Origin: Armatimonadota bacterium
GTDB taxonomy: Bacteria; Sysuimicrobiota; Sysuimicrobiia; Sysuimicrobiales; Humicultoraceae
DNA length: 13,082 nucleotides
Direction: 5' to 3'
Assembly: GCA_037443365.1 (NCBI GenBank)
Contig: JBBIOM010000009.1
Span: 1-13,082 of the forward strand
A program made the position numbers and the translations under genes. Of the stretch, positions 1 through 11,778 are shown in pieces; positions within the stretch are counted from its first letter, which is position 1, and each line of letters begins with the position of its first letter. The notes under the pieces were generated by a model. That model ran no database searches. It worked only from the letters and a program-made list of their open reading frames with translations, and was not told the DNA's origin.

Positions 1-38
1 CGGATCACCTTGACGCCGGGCTGCTGCTTAACGCTCAT
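1..38 (-). CDS. 5' end of next gene in the catabolic operon (MSVKQQPGVKVI..., truncated by window edge); product unknown
   Basis: ATG at 38-36, preceded by AAGGAGG (52-46) at 7 nt spacing; frame open to position 1; begins 35 nt after the dehydrogenase stop. Confidence 0.8.
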   Translation of the reverse strand, partial: MSVKQQPGVKVI

Positions 39-73
39 AGCGCACCCTCCTTAGTCACGATCCCGTGAACACT

Positions 74-1483
74 TCAGTCAACGGGCGTCCCGTAGAACTC
101 ACCGAAGAGCTCCTGCTCGGATGGCCGATCCTCGGGAATCGGGCGGCTCACCCACGTGGTGTTCATGTAGTGCTTGAGGTGGATGTTCTCCGAGGTGATG
201 TTGCCGCCCCAGGTCCCGCACCCGAGGCTCGAGGTCATCGGCATCCCGTTGTTGAAGGCGCCGGCGTTCGCTTTCGACTGCGGCTGACGGACCATGATCC
301 GGCTCACGGGCGCCAGGCGCGCCAGCCGGTCGACGCGGTCGTCGTTGAACGAGTAGATACCGCAGGAATGGCCCTTGCCGCCGACCTCGTAGATGGCCCT
401 GACCATCTCGAGGGCCTCGTCGAAGCCAGAGTAGCGGAACACCGACAAGACCACGCCGAGCTTCTCGGAACTGAACGGGTTGTGCCGCCCGATCTCGGTC
501 TGCTCGACGATGAAGAAGCGCCGGTCCGGCGCGACCTCGAAGCCGGCCTTCTCGGCCAGCGCCTGGGCCGAGATCGCGATCGTGTCCGGAGTGCGGTGGC
601 CCTCGCCGTCCCAGAGGATCGCGCGCAGCTTCGCCGCCTCCTCGGGCGTGGCGAGGTGGCCACCTTCTGCCACGAGGCAGTCGCGCAGCGCCGCATAGAT
701 TCGGGCTTCGACGATGAGATTGCCGTCGGCCGAGCAGCCGGAGCCGAAGTCGGACATCTTGCTGATCCGGGTGTTCCGGGCCGCCTCGGCGATGTCCGCG
801 GTCTCGTCGATGACCATCGTCGCGTTGCCGGCGCCCACGCCATAGGCCGGCGTCCCAGAGGAGTACGCGGCCCTGACCATGTCGCGCCCGCCGGTCGCCT
901 GGACCATATCCACCCGGGTCATCAGGTACTGGGCAGCCGGGATGCTCGAGCGCTCGACGCACTGAAGGAGGTCGATCGGCGCCCCTTCGCGGGCCAGGGC
1001 GCGGCGCATGGCCTCGACCGTCTCGCGGGTGGTGTTCTTGCTGCGCGGGTGCGGCGAGAAGATGACCGCGTCCCGGCACTTGATGGCGAAGATCCCGACG
1101 CCGGGCGGCGTCAGCTCGGGGTTGGTGGTGGGGACGAGCGAGGCGATGAGACCCACCGGCTTGGCGTACTTGACGATGCCCTTCTCGGGGATCTCCTCGA
1201 TGACGCCGATGCTCTTCTGCCGCAGGACGTCGCGCAGGATTCCCATGACCTTGAAGCGTTTCCCGACCCGGCTCTCGGGGTCGCCGATGCCGCTTTCCCG
1301 AACCCCCATGTGGGCCAGGCGCGTGAAGGTCTTCTCGTTCGCGACCGCCCACGCCACCGCCTGGCAGAGCCGGTCCACCTGCTCCTGGGTGGCGTCCTCG
1401 AACGCCTGGAGCGCCGCGCGCCCGCGCGCCACGAGGTCGTCGATGTGGGCGGTTTCTTCAGGGGTGATCGGTCTGGGCGACAT
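74..1483 (-). CDS. sauS: CoA-acylating aldehyde dehydrogenase, sulfoacetaldehyde dehydrogenase (SauS)-like
   Basis: 469 aa. Motifs: PTTNP, FSPHP, ATGG, AYSSGTPAYGVGAGN, catalytic Cys250 (DFGSGCSAD), EKL, GHSCG, SLGCGTWGGN. The C-terminal PIPEDRPSEQELFGEFY tail resembles SauS-type enzymes. ATG overlaps the tctA stop (TGATG). Family is secure; substrate is inferred. Confidence 0.7.
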   Translation of the reverse strand: MSPRPITPEETAHIDDLVARGRAALQAFEDATQEQVDRLCQAVAWAVANEKTFTRLAHMGVRESGIGDPESRVGKRFKVMGILRDVLRQKSIGVIEEIPEKGIVKYAKPVGLIASLVPTTNPELTPPGVGIFAIKCRDAVIFSPHPRSKNTTRETVEAMRRALAREGAPIDLLQCVERSSIPAAQYLMTRVDMVQATGGRDMVRAAYSSGTPAYGVGAGNATMVIDETADIAEAARNTRISKMSDFGSGCSADGNLIVEARIYAALRDCLVAEGGHLATPEEAAKLRAILWDGEGHRTPDTIAISAQALAEKAGFEVAPDRRFFIVEQTEIGRHNPFSSEKLGVVLSVFRYSGFDEALEMVRAIYEVGGKGHSCGIYSFNDDRVDRLARLAPVSRIMVRQPQSKANAGAFNNGMPMTSSLGCGTWGGNITSENIHLKHYMNTTWVSRPIPEDRPSEQELFGEFYGTPVD

Positions 1484-3027
1484 CAGGCACCACCCTTCTT
1501 TCCCGACCCCAGCAGGCGCCGCAGCAGCCCGCGCGCGCCGCCCACCACGTACCCCGGCAGCCCGGGCGCGAACGCGGATATCAGCATGATCGTCAGGACA
1601 AGGCTGAGCGGGTTGGTGACGATCTCGCCCAGGAAGGCGGGCACGCTTCCGCGGACAGAGATCACGGCACGGCGGAAGTTGATGTCTGCCAGCGGCCCAA
1701 GGATGACCCCCAGCACCATGGGACCGACCGGGTAGTCGGCCAGCTTCATGAAGTAGCCCAGGATGCCGAACCCGATCATCCAGAATACGTCGTAGATGTT
1801 GCTCTGGATGGCGTACGTGCCCACGACCGAGACCAGCGCGATCATGGGCATGAGCACCTTCTTGTTGACGTTGACGAGCTTCACGAACGGCCTGACCGCC
1901 ATCAGGCCGAAGACGAGCAGGAAGACGTTGGCCATCGCGTAGGACCCGGCGATGAACCAGAACAGGTCGGGCATCTCCACCATCAGGAGCGGCCCGGGCC
2001 GCAGCCCGTGAATGAACAGGGCGCCGATCAGCACCGCGGTCACGGCGTCACCGGGGATCCCCAGCGTGAGCATGGGGATGAGCGCCCCGCCGATCGCGGC
2101 GTTGTTGGCTGTCTCGGGCGCCACCACGCCCTCGATCGCGCCCTGTCCGAACGGCCGCGTGGGCTTGCGCACGGAACGCTTGGCGTGGTCGTAGGCCAGC
2201 AGGGCCGCGATCTCTCCTCCGGTGCCAGGCAGCGCGCCTACCATGACGCCGATCAGGGACGTGCGCACGCTCAAGGGGAGAAAGCGCAGAACGAACGCCC
2301 ACGACGGCCGTATGCGGCCGACCTCCGGGATCTGGACCTGCGCGAGGACGCCGCGCCCGATCTTGCCCAACTGGAAGAACACCTCGGACAGGCCGAAGAG
2401 GCCGATGAGCACGGCGATAAAGTGCACGCCGCCGATCAGCAGGGGCAGCCCAAAGGTGAACCGGCCTTCGCCTGTCACCGGGTCCATGCCCACCAGCCCC
2501 ACCAGCACGCCGACCGCCGCTGCCGCAAGCGCACGCGCCATGGACTTCGCGCCCAGTCGGCTGACGAGCGACAGCCCCATCGCGACCAGCAGGAAGTAGT
2601 CCCTGGGCGCGAACTTGAGCGCGAACTCCGAGATGATCGGTCCGGCCACCACCAGGGCGAGCAGGCCTATGACCCCTCCGACGAACGACTGCACGGTAGA
2701 AACCCCGACGGCCATCCCGGCCTCGCCGCGCTGCGCCAGGGGGTAACCGTCGAACCCTGTGGCGACGGCCGACGGCGTCCCTGGTATGTTGATGAGGACC
2801 GCCGAGCGCGAGCCACCGTACACGCCGCCGGCGTAGATCCCCAGCATCATGGCCAGCGCCGGCTTGGTGTCCCAGGCGTACGTCAACGACACCAGCAGCG
2901 CCGTGGCCATGGTCACCGACAGCCCTGGGACCGCGCCCACAATGATCCCGGACACGACGCCGATGGCGGACAGCGCGACGTTCTGCGGGGACAGGAACTC
3001 CCGGAAGACCTGCAGCGCCAGTTCGAT
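1483..3027 (-). CDS. tctA: Tripartite tricarboxylate transporter large permease TctA (514 aa if started at ATC 3027; ORF track starts at 2955)
   Basis: TctA motifs GAVPGL, YGGS..AVLINIPGTP, DGYPLAQRG, GALPGTGG, PETANNA, PMLTLGIPG, GLRPGP. The in-frame extension (M)ELALQVFREFLSPQNVALSAIGV resembles the usual TctA N-terminus and follows AGGAGG at 3040-3035. The start codon is uncertain. Confidence 0.92.
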   Translation of the reverse strand: MELALQVFREFLSPQNVALSAIGVVSGIIVGAVPGLSVTMATALLVSLTYAWDTKPALAMMLGIYAGGVYGGSRSAVLINIPGTPSAVATGFDGYPLAQRGEAGMAVGVSTVQSFVGGVIGLLALVVAGPIISEFALKFAPRDYFLLVAMGLSLVSRLGAKSMARALAAAAVGVLVGLVGMDPVTGEGRFTFGLPLLIGGVHFIAVLIGLFGLSEVFFQLGKIGRGVLAQVQIPEVGRIRPSWAFVLRFLPLSVRTSLIGVMVGALPGTGGEIAALLAYDHAKRSVRKPTRPFGQGAIEGVVAPETANNAAIGGALIPMLTLGIPGDAVTAVLIGALFIHGLRPGPLLMVEMPDLFWFIAGSYAMANVFLLVFGLMAVRPFVKLVNVNKKVLMPMIALVSVVGTYAIQSNIYDVFWMIGFGILGYFMKLADYPVGPMVLGVILGPLADINFRRAVISVRGSVPAFLGEIVTNPLSLVLTIMLISAFAPGLPGYVVGGARGLLRRLLGSGKKGGA

Positions 3028-3042
3028 GACCGTTCCTCCTAA

Positions 3043-3486
3043 CTAGGGAAGCATCACTAGGAACACGTGCCGGAATAGCACAAACGTGACCCCAACGGCG
3101 GCTCCCGCCAGCAGGAGGGACTTCCACCAGGAGGTCGCGCGCAGCCAGAGGAACGTCGCGGCCAGGTACAGGAACGACGCCGTCACGAAGCCCAACCTTC
3201 GGAGCACCACCCCGTAGAGGATCGCCATGAGGATGGCGATCAGGGCGACGGACCGCACGGAGCCGCCGTCGGAGGCCCCTTCACCCGTCGCGGCTGCTCC
3301 CTGGCGCCAGATCGCCACGGCGCAGCCCACCAGGATCAGCGCCACCAGGGCCGGGAACACCCCGGGCGAGCCGGGATCATGTCCGAAGTTGGACATCCGG
3401 CTCGCCCGGTGGAACACGAATGCTGCCAGCGCGACGATGCCCGCTGCCTGCAGGCGCGCGGACAGCCCCTGGCGTTCGGCCGACAT
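3043..3486 (-). CDS. tctB: Tripartite tricarboxylate transporter small membrane subunit TctB
   Basis: 147 aa with about four hydrophobic segments, SPGVFP, LGFVTAS and terminal VFLVMLP typical of TctB; lies between tctC and tctA. Confidence 0.88.
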   Translation of the reverse strand: MSAERQGLSARLQAAGIVALAAFVFHRASRMSNFGHDPGSPGVFPALVALILVGCAVAIWRQGAAATGEGASDGGSVRSVALIAILMAILYGVVLRRLGFVTASFLYLAATFLWLRATSWWKSLLLAGAAVGVTFVLFRHVFLVMLP

Positions 3487-3492
3487 GCCGGG

Positions 3493-4533
3493 CTACCGGC
3501 GGGCCGGCCTTGGAATCCCGAACATCTCCGGCGACTTCTGCGTGGCCTTGGCGTCGTGGAGCAGCCAAGCGGTCACGGACTGCCACTGCTTGACCCACCG
3601 CATCGCCTCGTCGCCCGACAGGTTCATCGGGGTGGCGCCGATGAGCTCCGCGAACTCCTTGAAGTCCTCCGACGCAACGGCCGGCCTGAACGCGTCGGTG
3701 AGCCTGCGCACCGCGGGCGCCGGCGTTCCCTTCTTGGCCCACACGCCGAAGAACGGCCCCCAGGGCAGGTAGGGGCGGTACTCTGACATCATCTGGCCCA
3801 GGGCCGGGACGCCCGGGACGACGTCCGATGGGACGTTGTCGATGACCGCGATGGCGCGCATCCGCCCGGCGCGGATGTGCTCGGCCACCGCCGCAAGGAC
3901 CGACACGTGGAAGTCAATATGGCCCCCGAGAAGCGCGGGGATGGCCGGCCCGTCGCCATCGAACGGAATCGGGTTGAATCTCACGCCGCTGACCGCGGTC
4001 ATCATGGCCCCGACCACAAACGGCACGCCGCCGATTCCGGTGGAGCCGGCCTTCACCTGGCCGGGCTGCTGCCGGGCCAGATGGATCAGTTCCGTGAGAT
4101 AGCGAATCTTGGAGTCGCTTCTCACAACCACGATGGGTATGCTGCGCGCGAACAGGTTGATCGGCTCGAACTCGTCGAAGTTGCGCGGCGAGATGTCCAG
4201 CACGCCGTAGAGGGTTGGGTTCTCGGCCGCGTAGAGCAGCGTGTAGCCGTCCGCCCGCTGATCGAAGACGTACTGCATGCCCACCGCGCCGGTGGCCCCG
4301 GTCATGTTGCTCAGCACGATGCGCTGGCCCAGCCCACGCTCGGCCAGGGGCGTAACCCTGCGCGATACCCGGTCGGTCGTGCCCCCGGCTCCCCACTGGA
4401 TGATGCCGGTGATGCTGCGCTCCGGGTACACCTGCGCCCCGGACGGGGCGACCCACACGCCCCACGAAAGGGTGATCACCAACGCAAAGCCCAAGAGGGC
4501 CCTGAGAAGCCTGCTTGCCGTGGTCGAGTGCAT
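3493..4533 (-). CDS. tctC: Tripartite tricarboxylate transporter substrate-binding protein (TctC/Bug family)
   Basis: 346 aa. Sec-type signal peptide ending near SGA|Q. Motifs YPERSI..IIQWGAGGTTD, ADGYTLL, PFDG..PA..ALLGGHID, KGTP. Strong SD AAGGAGG upstream of ATG 4533. Confidence 0.93.
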   Translation of the reverse strand: MHSTTASRLLRALLGFALVITLSWGVWVAPSGAQVYPERSITGIIQWGAGGTTDRVSRRVTPLAERGLGQRIVLSNMTGATGAVGMQYVFDQRADGYTLLYAAENPTLYGVLDISPRNFDEFEPINLFARSIPIVVVRSDSKIRYLTELIHLARQQPGQVKAGSTGIGGVPFVVGAMMTAVSGVRFNPIPFDGDGPAIPALLGGHIDFHVSVLAAVAEHIRAGRMRAIAVIDNVPSDVVPGVPALGQMMSEYRPYLPWGPFFGVWAKKGTPAPAVRRLTDAFRPAVASEDFKEFAELIGATPMNLSGDEAMRWVKQWQSVTAWLLHDAKATQKSPEMFGIPRPARR

Positions 4534-4605
4534 ACCGCTCCCTCCTTCTTGCCTCTCGCCGACGCCGCGAGTAGCGGGGGTGTCGCCCCCGAGGATACGC
4601 CCCTG

Positions 4606-4624
4606 CGTTCTGCTGCACAGAACG
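4606..4624. promoter_or_regulatory. Palindromic candidate operator CGTTCTG-N5-CAGAACG downstream of the tct promoter
   Basis: Perfect 7-bp inverted repeat, 4606-4612 and 4618-4624, about 20 bp downstream of the -10 element; resembles IclR-family sites. Confidence 0.55.
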
Positions 4625-4644
4625 GCTTTCTAAATTTCACGCTC

Positions 4645-4673
4645 ATTACACCTGCGCGGGGGGCCGGTGTCAA
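4645..4673 (-). promoter_or_regulatory. Sigma70-type promoter of the tctCBA-dehydrogenase operon
   Basis: TTGACA (4673-4668), 17 bp spacer, TGTAAT (4650-4645), in an AT-richer intergenic patch. Confidence 0.7.
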
Positions 4674-4689
4674 TATGCTTCTGCGGGGC

Positions 4690-5337
4690 CTAGGGGCGGG
4701 GGGCCGCTGATCTGACCAGGTCGCCGAGCAGGGCGCGCAGCGCGATCCACACAAACAGCGCGGCAGAGGCCTGGCGGAAGGCCGATACGCACTCGGGGCG
4801 CGCGCCCGAGGCCTCCAACTGCGCCACGGCCAGGTGCCCGCCGTCAAGGGGGAAGAGCGGAAGCAGGTTGGAGATCCCTACGCTCAGGTTGACGGCGCCG
4901 GCCGCAGCGGCGAGCGCGCGCGGACCACCGTCGTCCGCGCCGGCCAGCAGCGCCAGAACCGAGAGCGGGCCGCCGACCTGTATGCGCCCGGGGCGCTCTC
5001 CCGGCAGCTGCGGCAGCGGCGGGGCCGGCGTGCGCGCTGCCAGGCGCAGGAGCAGCCCTGCCGCGATGTTGGCCAGCGGTCCGGCCAGCAGGACAGGGAC
5101 GCGTCGCCGCGGCGCAACGCCGTCCACGTCAACGGCTGCCAACCCGCCCAGCGGGAGCGGCCGGAGCGTCACGTCAATGCCGCGGACCCGCACGCGCGCC
5201 AGGGCAGGGCCCAGGCCAAGCCCCACCTCCCGCACCGGCACCCCGCAGCGCAGTGCCGCCAGGAGGTGGGCGGCCTCGTGCAGGAGCACGGTCCCGCCGA
5301 CGATGCCTGCGGCCCTGGCCCAGCGTGCCCAGCCCAT
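4690..5337 (-). CDS. Site-2 protease (peptidase M50, RseP-like) lacking a PDZ domain
   Basis: 215 aa. HEAAH zinc motif, GLGLGP loop, LRPLPLGG, LLAGPLAN and NLLPLFPLDGGH (third zinc ligand Asp). Confidence 0.85.
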   Translation of the reverse strand: MGWARWARAAGIVGGTVLLHEAAHLLAALRCGVPVREVGLGLGPALARVRVRGIDVTLRPLPLGGLAAVDVDGVAPRRRVPVLLAGPLANIAAGLLLRLAARTPAPPLPQLPGERPGRIQVGGPLSVLALLAGADDGGPRALAAAAGAVNLSVGISNLLPLFPLDGGHLAVAQLEASGARPECVSAFRQASAALFVWIALRALLGDLVRSAAPRP

Positions 5338-5359
5338 CCCGGCTCTCTCCCCGGCCCTG

Positions 5360-7813
<2,454 letters not shown>

Positions 7814-7831
7814 GGAATCCTGTCCGGCCGC

Positions 7832-9847
<2,016 letters not shown>

Positions 9848-10135
9848 CTATCTCTCCGGCGTTTTCGTCCGCCTGTTTGCGCCGGCCTGACCGACGCGTG
9901 CCGCCACGGTGGACGGCGTCGCGGGGGTGGGGTAGAGGCGCCTGGTCGTCACCACGATGGCGCGGGCCCCGGGCAGCCCTCTGGGGTCGGCGAGGCGCCC
10001 CGTGGCCGCGGCCTTGGCCAGCAGCGCTCGGCCCACGGAGGACTTCCTCTGCGTCCGGGCGTCGAGGATCGCCACCACCTCCCGCGCGTCCACGACGGTC
10101 TCCCCGCCCAGGTGCACGAACGGCCCTGCGCTCAC
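9848..10135 (-). CDS. remB: RemB/YaaB (DUF370) family protein
   Basis: 95 aa from GTG 10135 (AGGAGG upstream; GTGA overlap with previous stop). FVHLGGETVVDAREVVAILD...RAIVVT...LYPTP..PSTVAAR fits the YaaB/RemB pattern and its position upstream of gyrB. Confidence 0.8.
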   Translation of the reverse strand: MSAGPFVHLGGETVVDAREVVAILDARTQRKSSVGRALLAKAAATGRLADPRGLPGARAIVVTTRRLYPTPATPSTVAARVGQAGANRRTKTPER

Positions 10136-10458
10136 GCCGCGCCCTCCTGGCGCGGCCCGCGCCCAGGGAGCCTCTGGCGGGCCACGGGCGTCAGCTCGGT
10201 GATCGCTCCGCCCCCGACCTCGCGCGCCAGGGCCGCCAGAATCTCGGCGCGCCGGAGGCGTATCTCCTGCGCGGCGGCGGGGTGCGTCGCGGCCACCAGA
10301 AGACGCCTTCCCTTTATGTTGAGCGGAGCGCTCATTCCCGCCAGCGCCGCTCCGGCGATCCGCGGCCAGGCCGCGCGCGCCGAGGCGAGGTGCGCGGCCG
10401 GCTCGATTCCCAGAGAGCGCGCGGCCGACTTCAGGACATCTCGGATAGGGAGGACCAC
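10132..10458 (-). CDS. dciA: DUF721 / DciA-family protein (putative helicase loader)
   Basis: 108 aa from GTG 10458 (GGAGG 7 nt upstream). WPRIAG..LA..SAP..I....LLV......AQEI......IL..L is the DUF721 pattern; located after recF. Confidence 0.75.
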   Translation of the reverse strand: MVLPIRDVLKSAARSLGIEPAAHLASARAAWPRIAGAALAGMSAPLNIKGRRLLVAATHPAAAQEIRLRRAEILAALAREVGGGAITELTPVARQRLPGRGPRQEGAA

Positions 10459-11540
10459 GCCTCTTCCTCCACCGTGCCGGCCTCCACCCGCAGGACCCGC
10501 ACCCGGCGGGCGGTCCCTGGTAGGGCCGTGGAAGTAAGCAACACCTGCGCCTCGTCCGCCATCTCGAGGACGCGCCTCTGCCGGTCCTGGTCGAGCTCTG
10601 AGAGCGCGTCGTCGAGCAGCAAGAGCGGGCTCTCGCCCAGTTCGGAGGCCATCGCGCCGCGCTCGGCGAGCCGCACCGCCAGCATCGCGGTCCTCCACTG
10701 GCCCAAAGACCCGTTGGCCCGCAGCGGCGCGCCCTCCAGCGACAGCGCCACGTCGTCGCGGTGCGGGCCGGACAGCGTGGTCGCTCTCCTCGTTTCATCG
10801 GCGCGCAGGCGCGCCATTTGCGCCCTGGCCTGCTCTTGGCGCGCCTCGTCCGTGTCCCCGGGCCAGGAAGGGTTGTACTCCACGCTGAGCCGGCCCTCGC
10901 CTCCCAAACGTCCGAACCAGGCCTCGGCCTCCGGCGCCAGGCACCGCACGTACCGCTCCCGCCGGGACGCGATCCTGGCGCCCAGCGCTGTCATTTGCGC
11001 GTCCCAGGCCTCCAGGCCGCCGGGTGCGCCACGGCGCAGGTGGGCGTTGCGCTGCGCGACGACCCGGTGATACCGGTGCAGCGCGAAGAAGTAGCTCGGG
11101 CTGATCTGCGCCAGGGCCGCGTCCAGAAGGCGGCGTCTCCCCGAGGCCGGCCCCCGCACTACCTCCAGGTCCCACGGCGCGGCCAGGACCACGGGCAGGC
11201 GGCCGAGCACGCTTCCGCGCGGAGCAGGGGCGCCGTTCAGGCGCATCTGCGAGGCCGGGCGGCCGTACTCGAGCGACAGGGTGATCTCGATCTCTTCCTC
11301 GCGTCCCCGCCGCGCGACCGCCGCGCGCACGCGGGCGGCGGTTTCTCCCCGCAGGATCGCCTCTTCCTCGCGCGCGGTGCGGTGAGAGCGCCCCGTCGCC
11401 ACGAGATAGACGGCCTCCAGCACGTTGGACTTGCCCTGGCCGTTGCGCCCTACAAGCGCGGTAATCCCGTCGTCGAAGGCGATCTCCGCGCGGGCGTAGT
11501 TACGGAACGATCGTATCCAGAGGCGCAGGAGTCGCGGCAT
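10431..11540 (-). CDS. recF: DNA replication and repair protein RecF
   Basis: 369 aa from ATG 11540. FRNY, Walker A GRNGQGKSN, SHR, RRRLLD, GPHRDD, signature SLGQ, Walker B LLLDDALSELD. Confidence 0.97.
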   Translation of the reverse strand: MPRLLRLWIRSFRNYARAEIAFDDGITALVGRNGQGKSNVLEAVYLVATGRSHRTAREEEAILRGETAARVRAAVARRGREEEIEITLSLEYGRPASQMRLNGAPAPRGSVLGRLPVVLAAPWDLEVVRGPASGRRRLLDAALAQISPSYFFALHRYHRVVAQRNAHLRRGAPGGLEAWDAQMTALGARIASRRERYVRCLAPEAEAWFGRLGGEGRLSVEYNPSWPGDTDEARQEQARAQMARLRADETRRATTLSGPHRDDVALSLEGAPLRANGSLGQWRTAMLAVRLAERGAMASELGESPLLLLDDALSELDQDRQRRVLEMADEAQVLLTSTALPGTARRVRVLRVEAGTVEEEAWSSLSEMS

Positions 11541-11778
11541 CGTCTGTGGCTGCGGCCGTGGACGCAACGGCCAGCGTGGGCCCTCCCTGCACGGCCACCA
11601 GGTCGCCGGGGGCCACGCGGCGGCCGCGCCTGGTCTCAACCTGCCCGTTGACCAGCACGCGTCGCGACGCGATCAGCGTCTTGGCCTCGCCCCCGGTAGC
11701 GGCCACGCCGGCCCACTTCAGCAGCGCTCCCAGCGCGATGCCGCTCGTGTGGATCGTTACCGTCCGCTCAGGTGGCAA
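11500..11778 (-). CDS. yaaA: S4-domain RNA-binding protein, YaaA/YbcJ family
   Basis: 92 aa, TTG start overlapping the dnaN stop. IALGALLKWAG...TGGEAK..I....VLVNG.VETRRGRRV..GDLV; lies between dnaN and recF. Confidence 0.9.
   Translation of the reverse strand: MPPERTVTIHTSGIALGALLKWAGVAATGGEAKTLIASRRVLVNGQVETRRGRRVAPGDLVAVQGGPTLAVASTAAATDDAATPAPLDTIVP

Noticed and set aside
55..68. Small hairpin TCACG-ATCC-CGTGA after the dehydrogenase gene
   Set aside because: 5-bp stem without a U-tract; too weak to call a terminator.
65..1735. 556-aa plus-strand ORF and similar antisense ORFs (2008-3042, 3877-4710, 9727-11070, 11546-12922)
   Set aside because: They lie opposite well-supported genes and show no family motifs.
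10136..10798. Long versions of the remB (316 aa) and DUF721 (188 aa) ORFs, and the recF start at 11639
   Set aside because: The extensions are off-frame readings of the upstream genes. Starts at 10135 and 10458 have SD support, and 11540 matches the RecF N-terminus.
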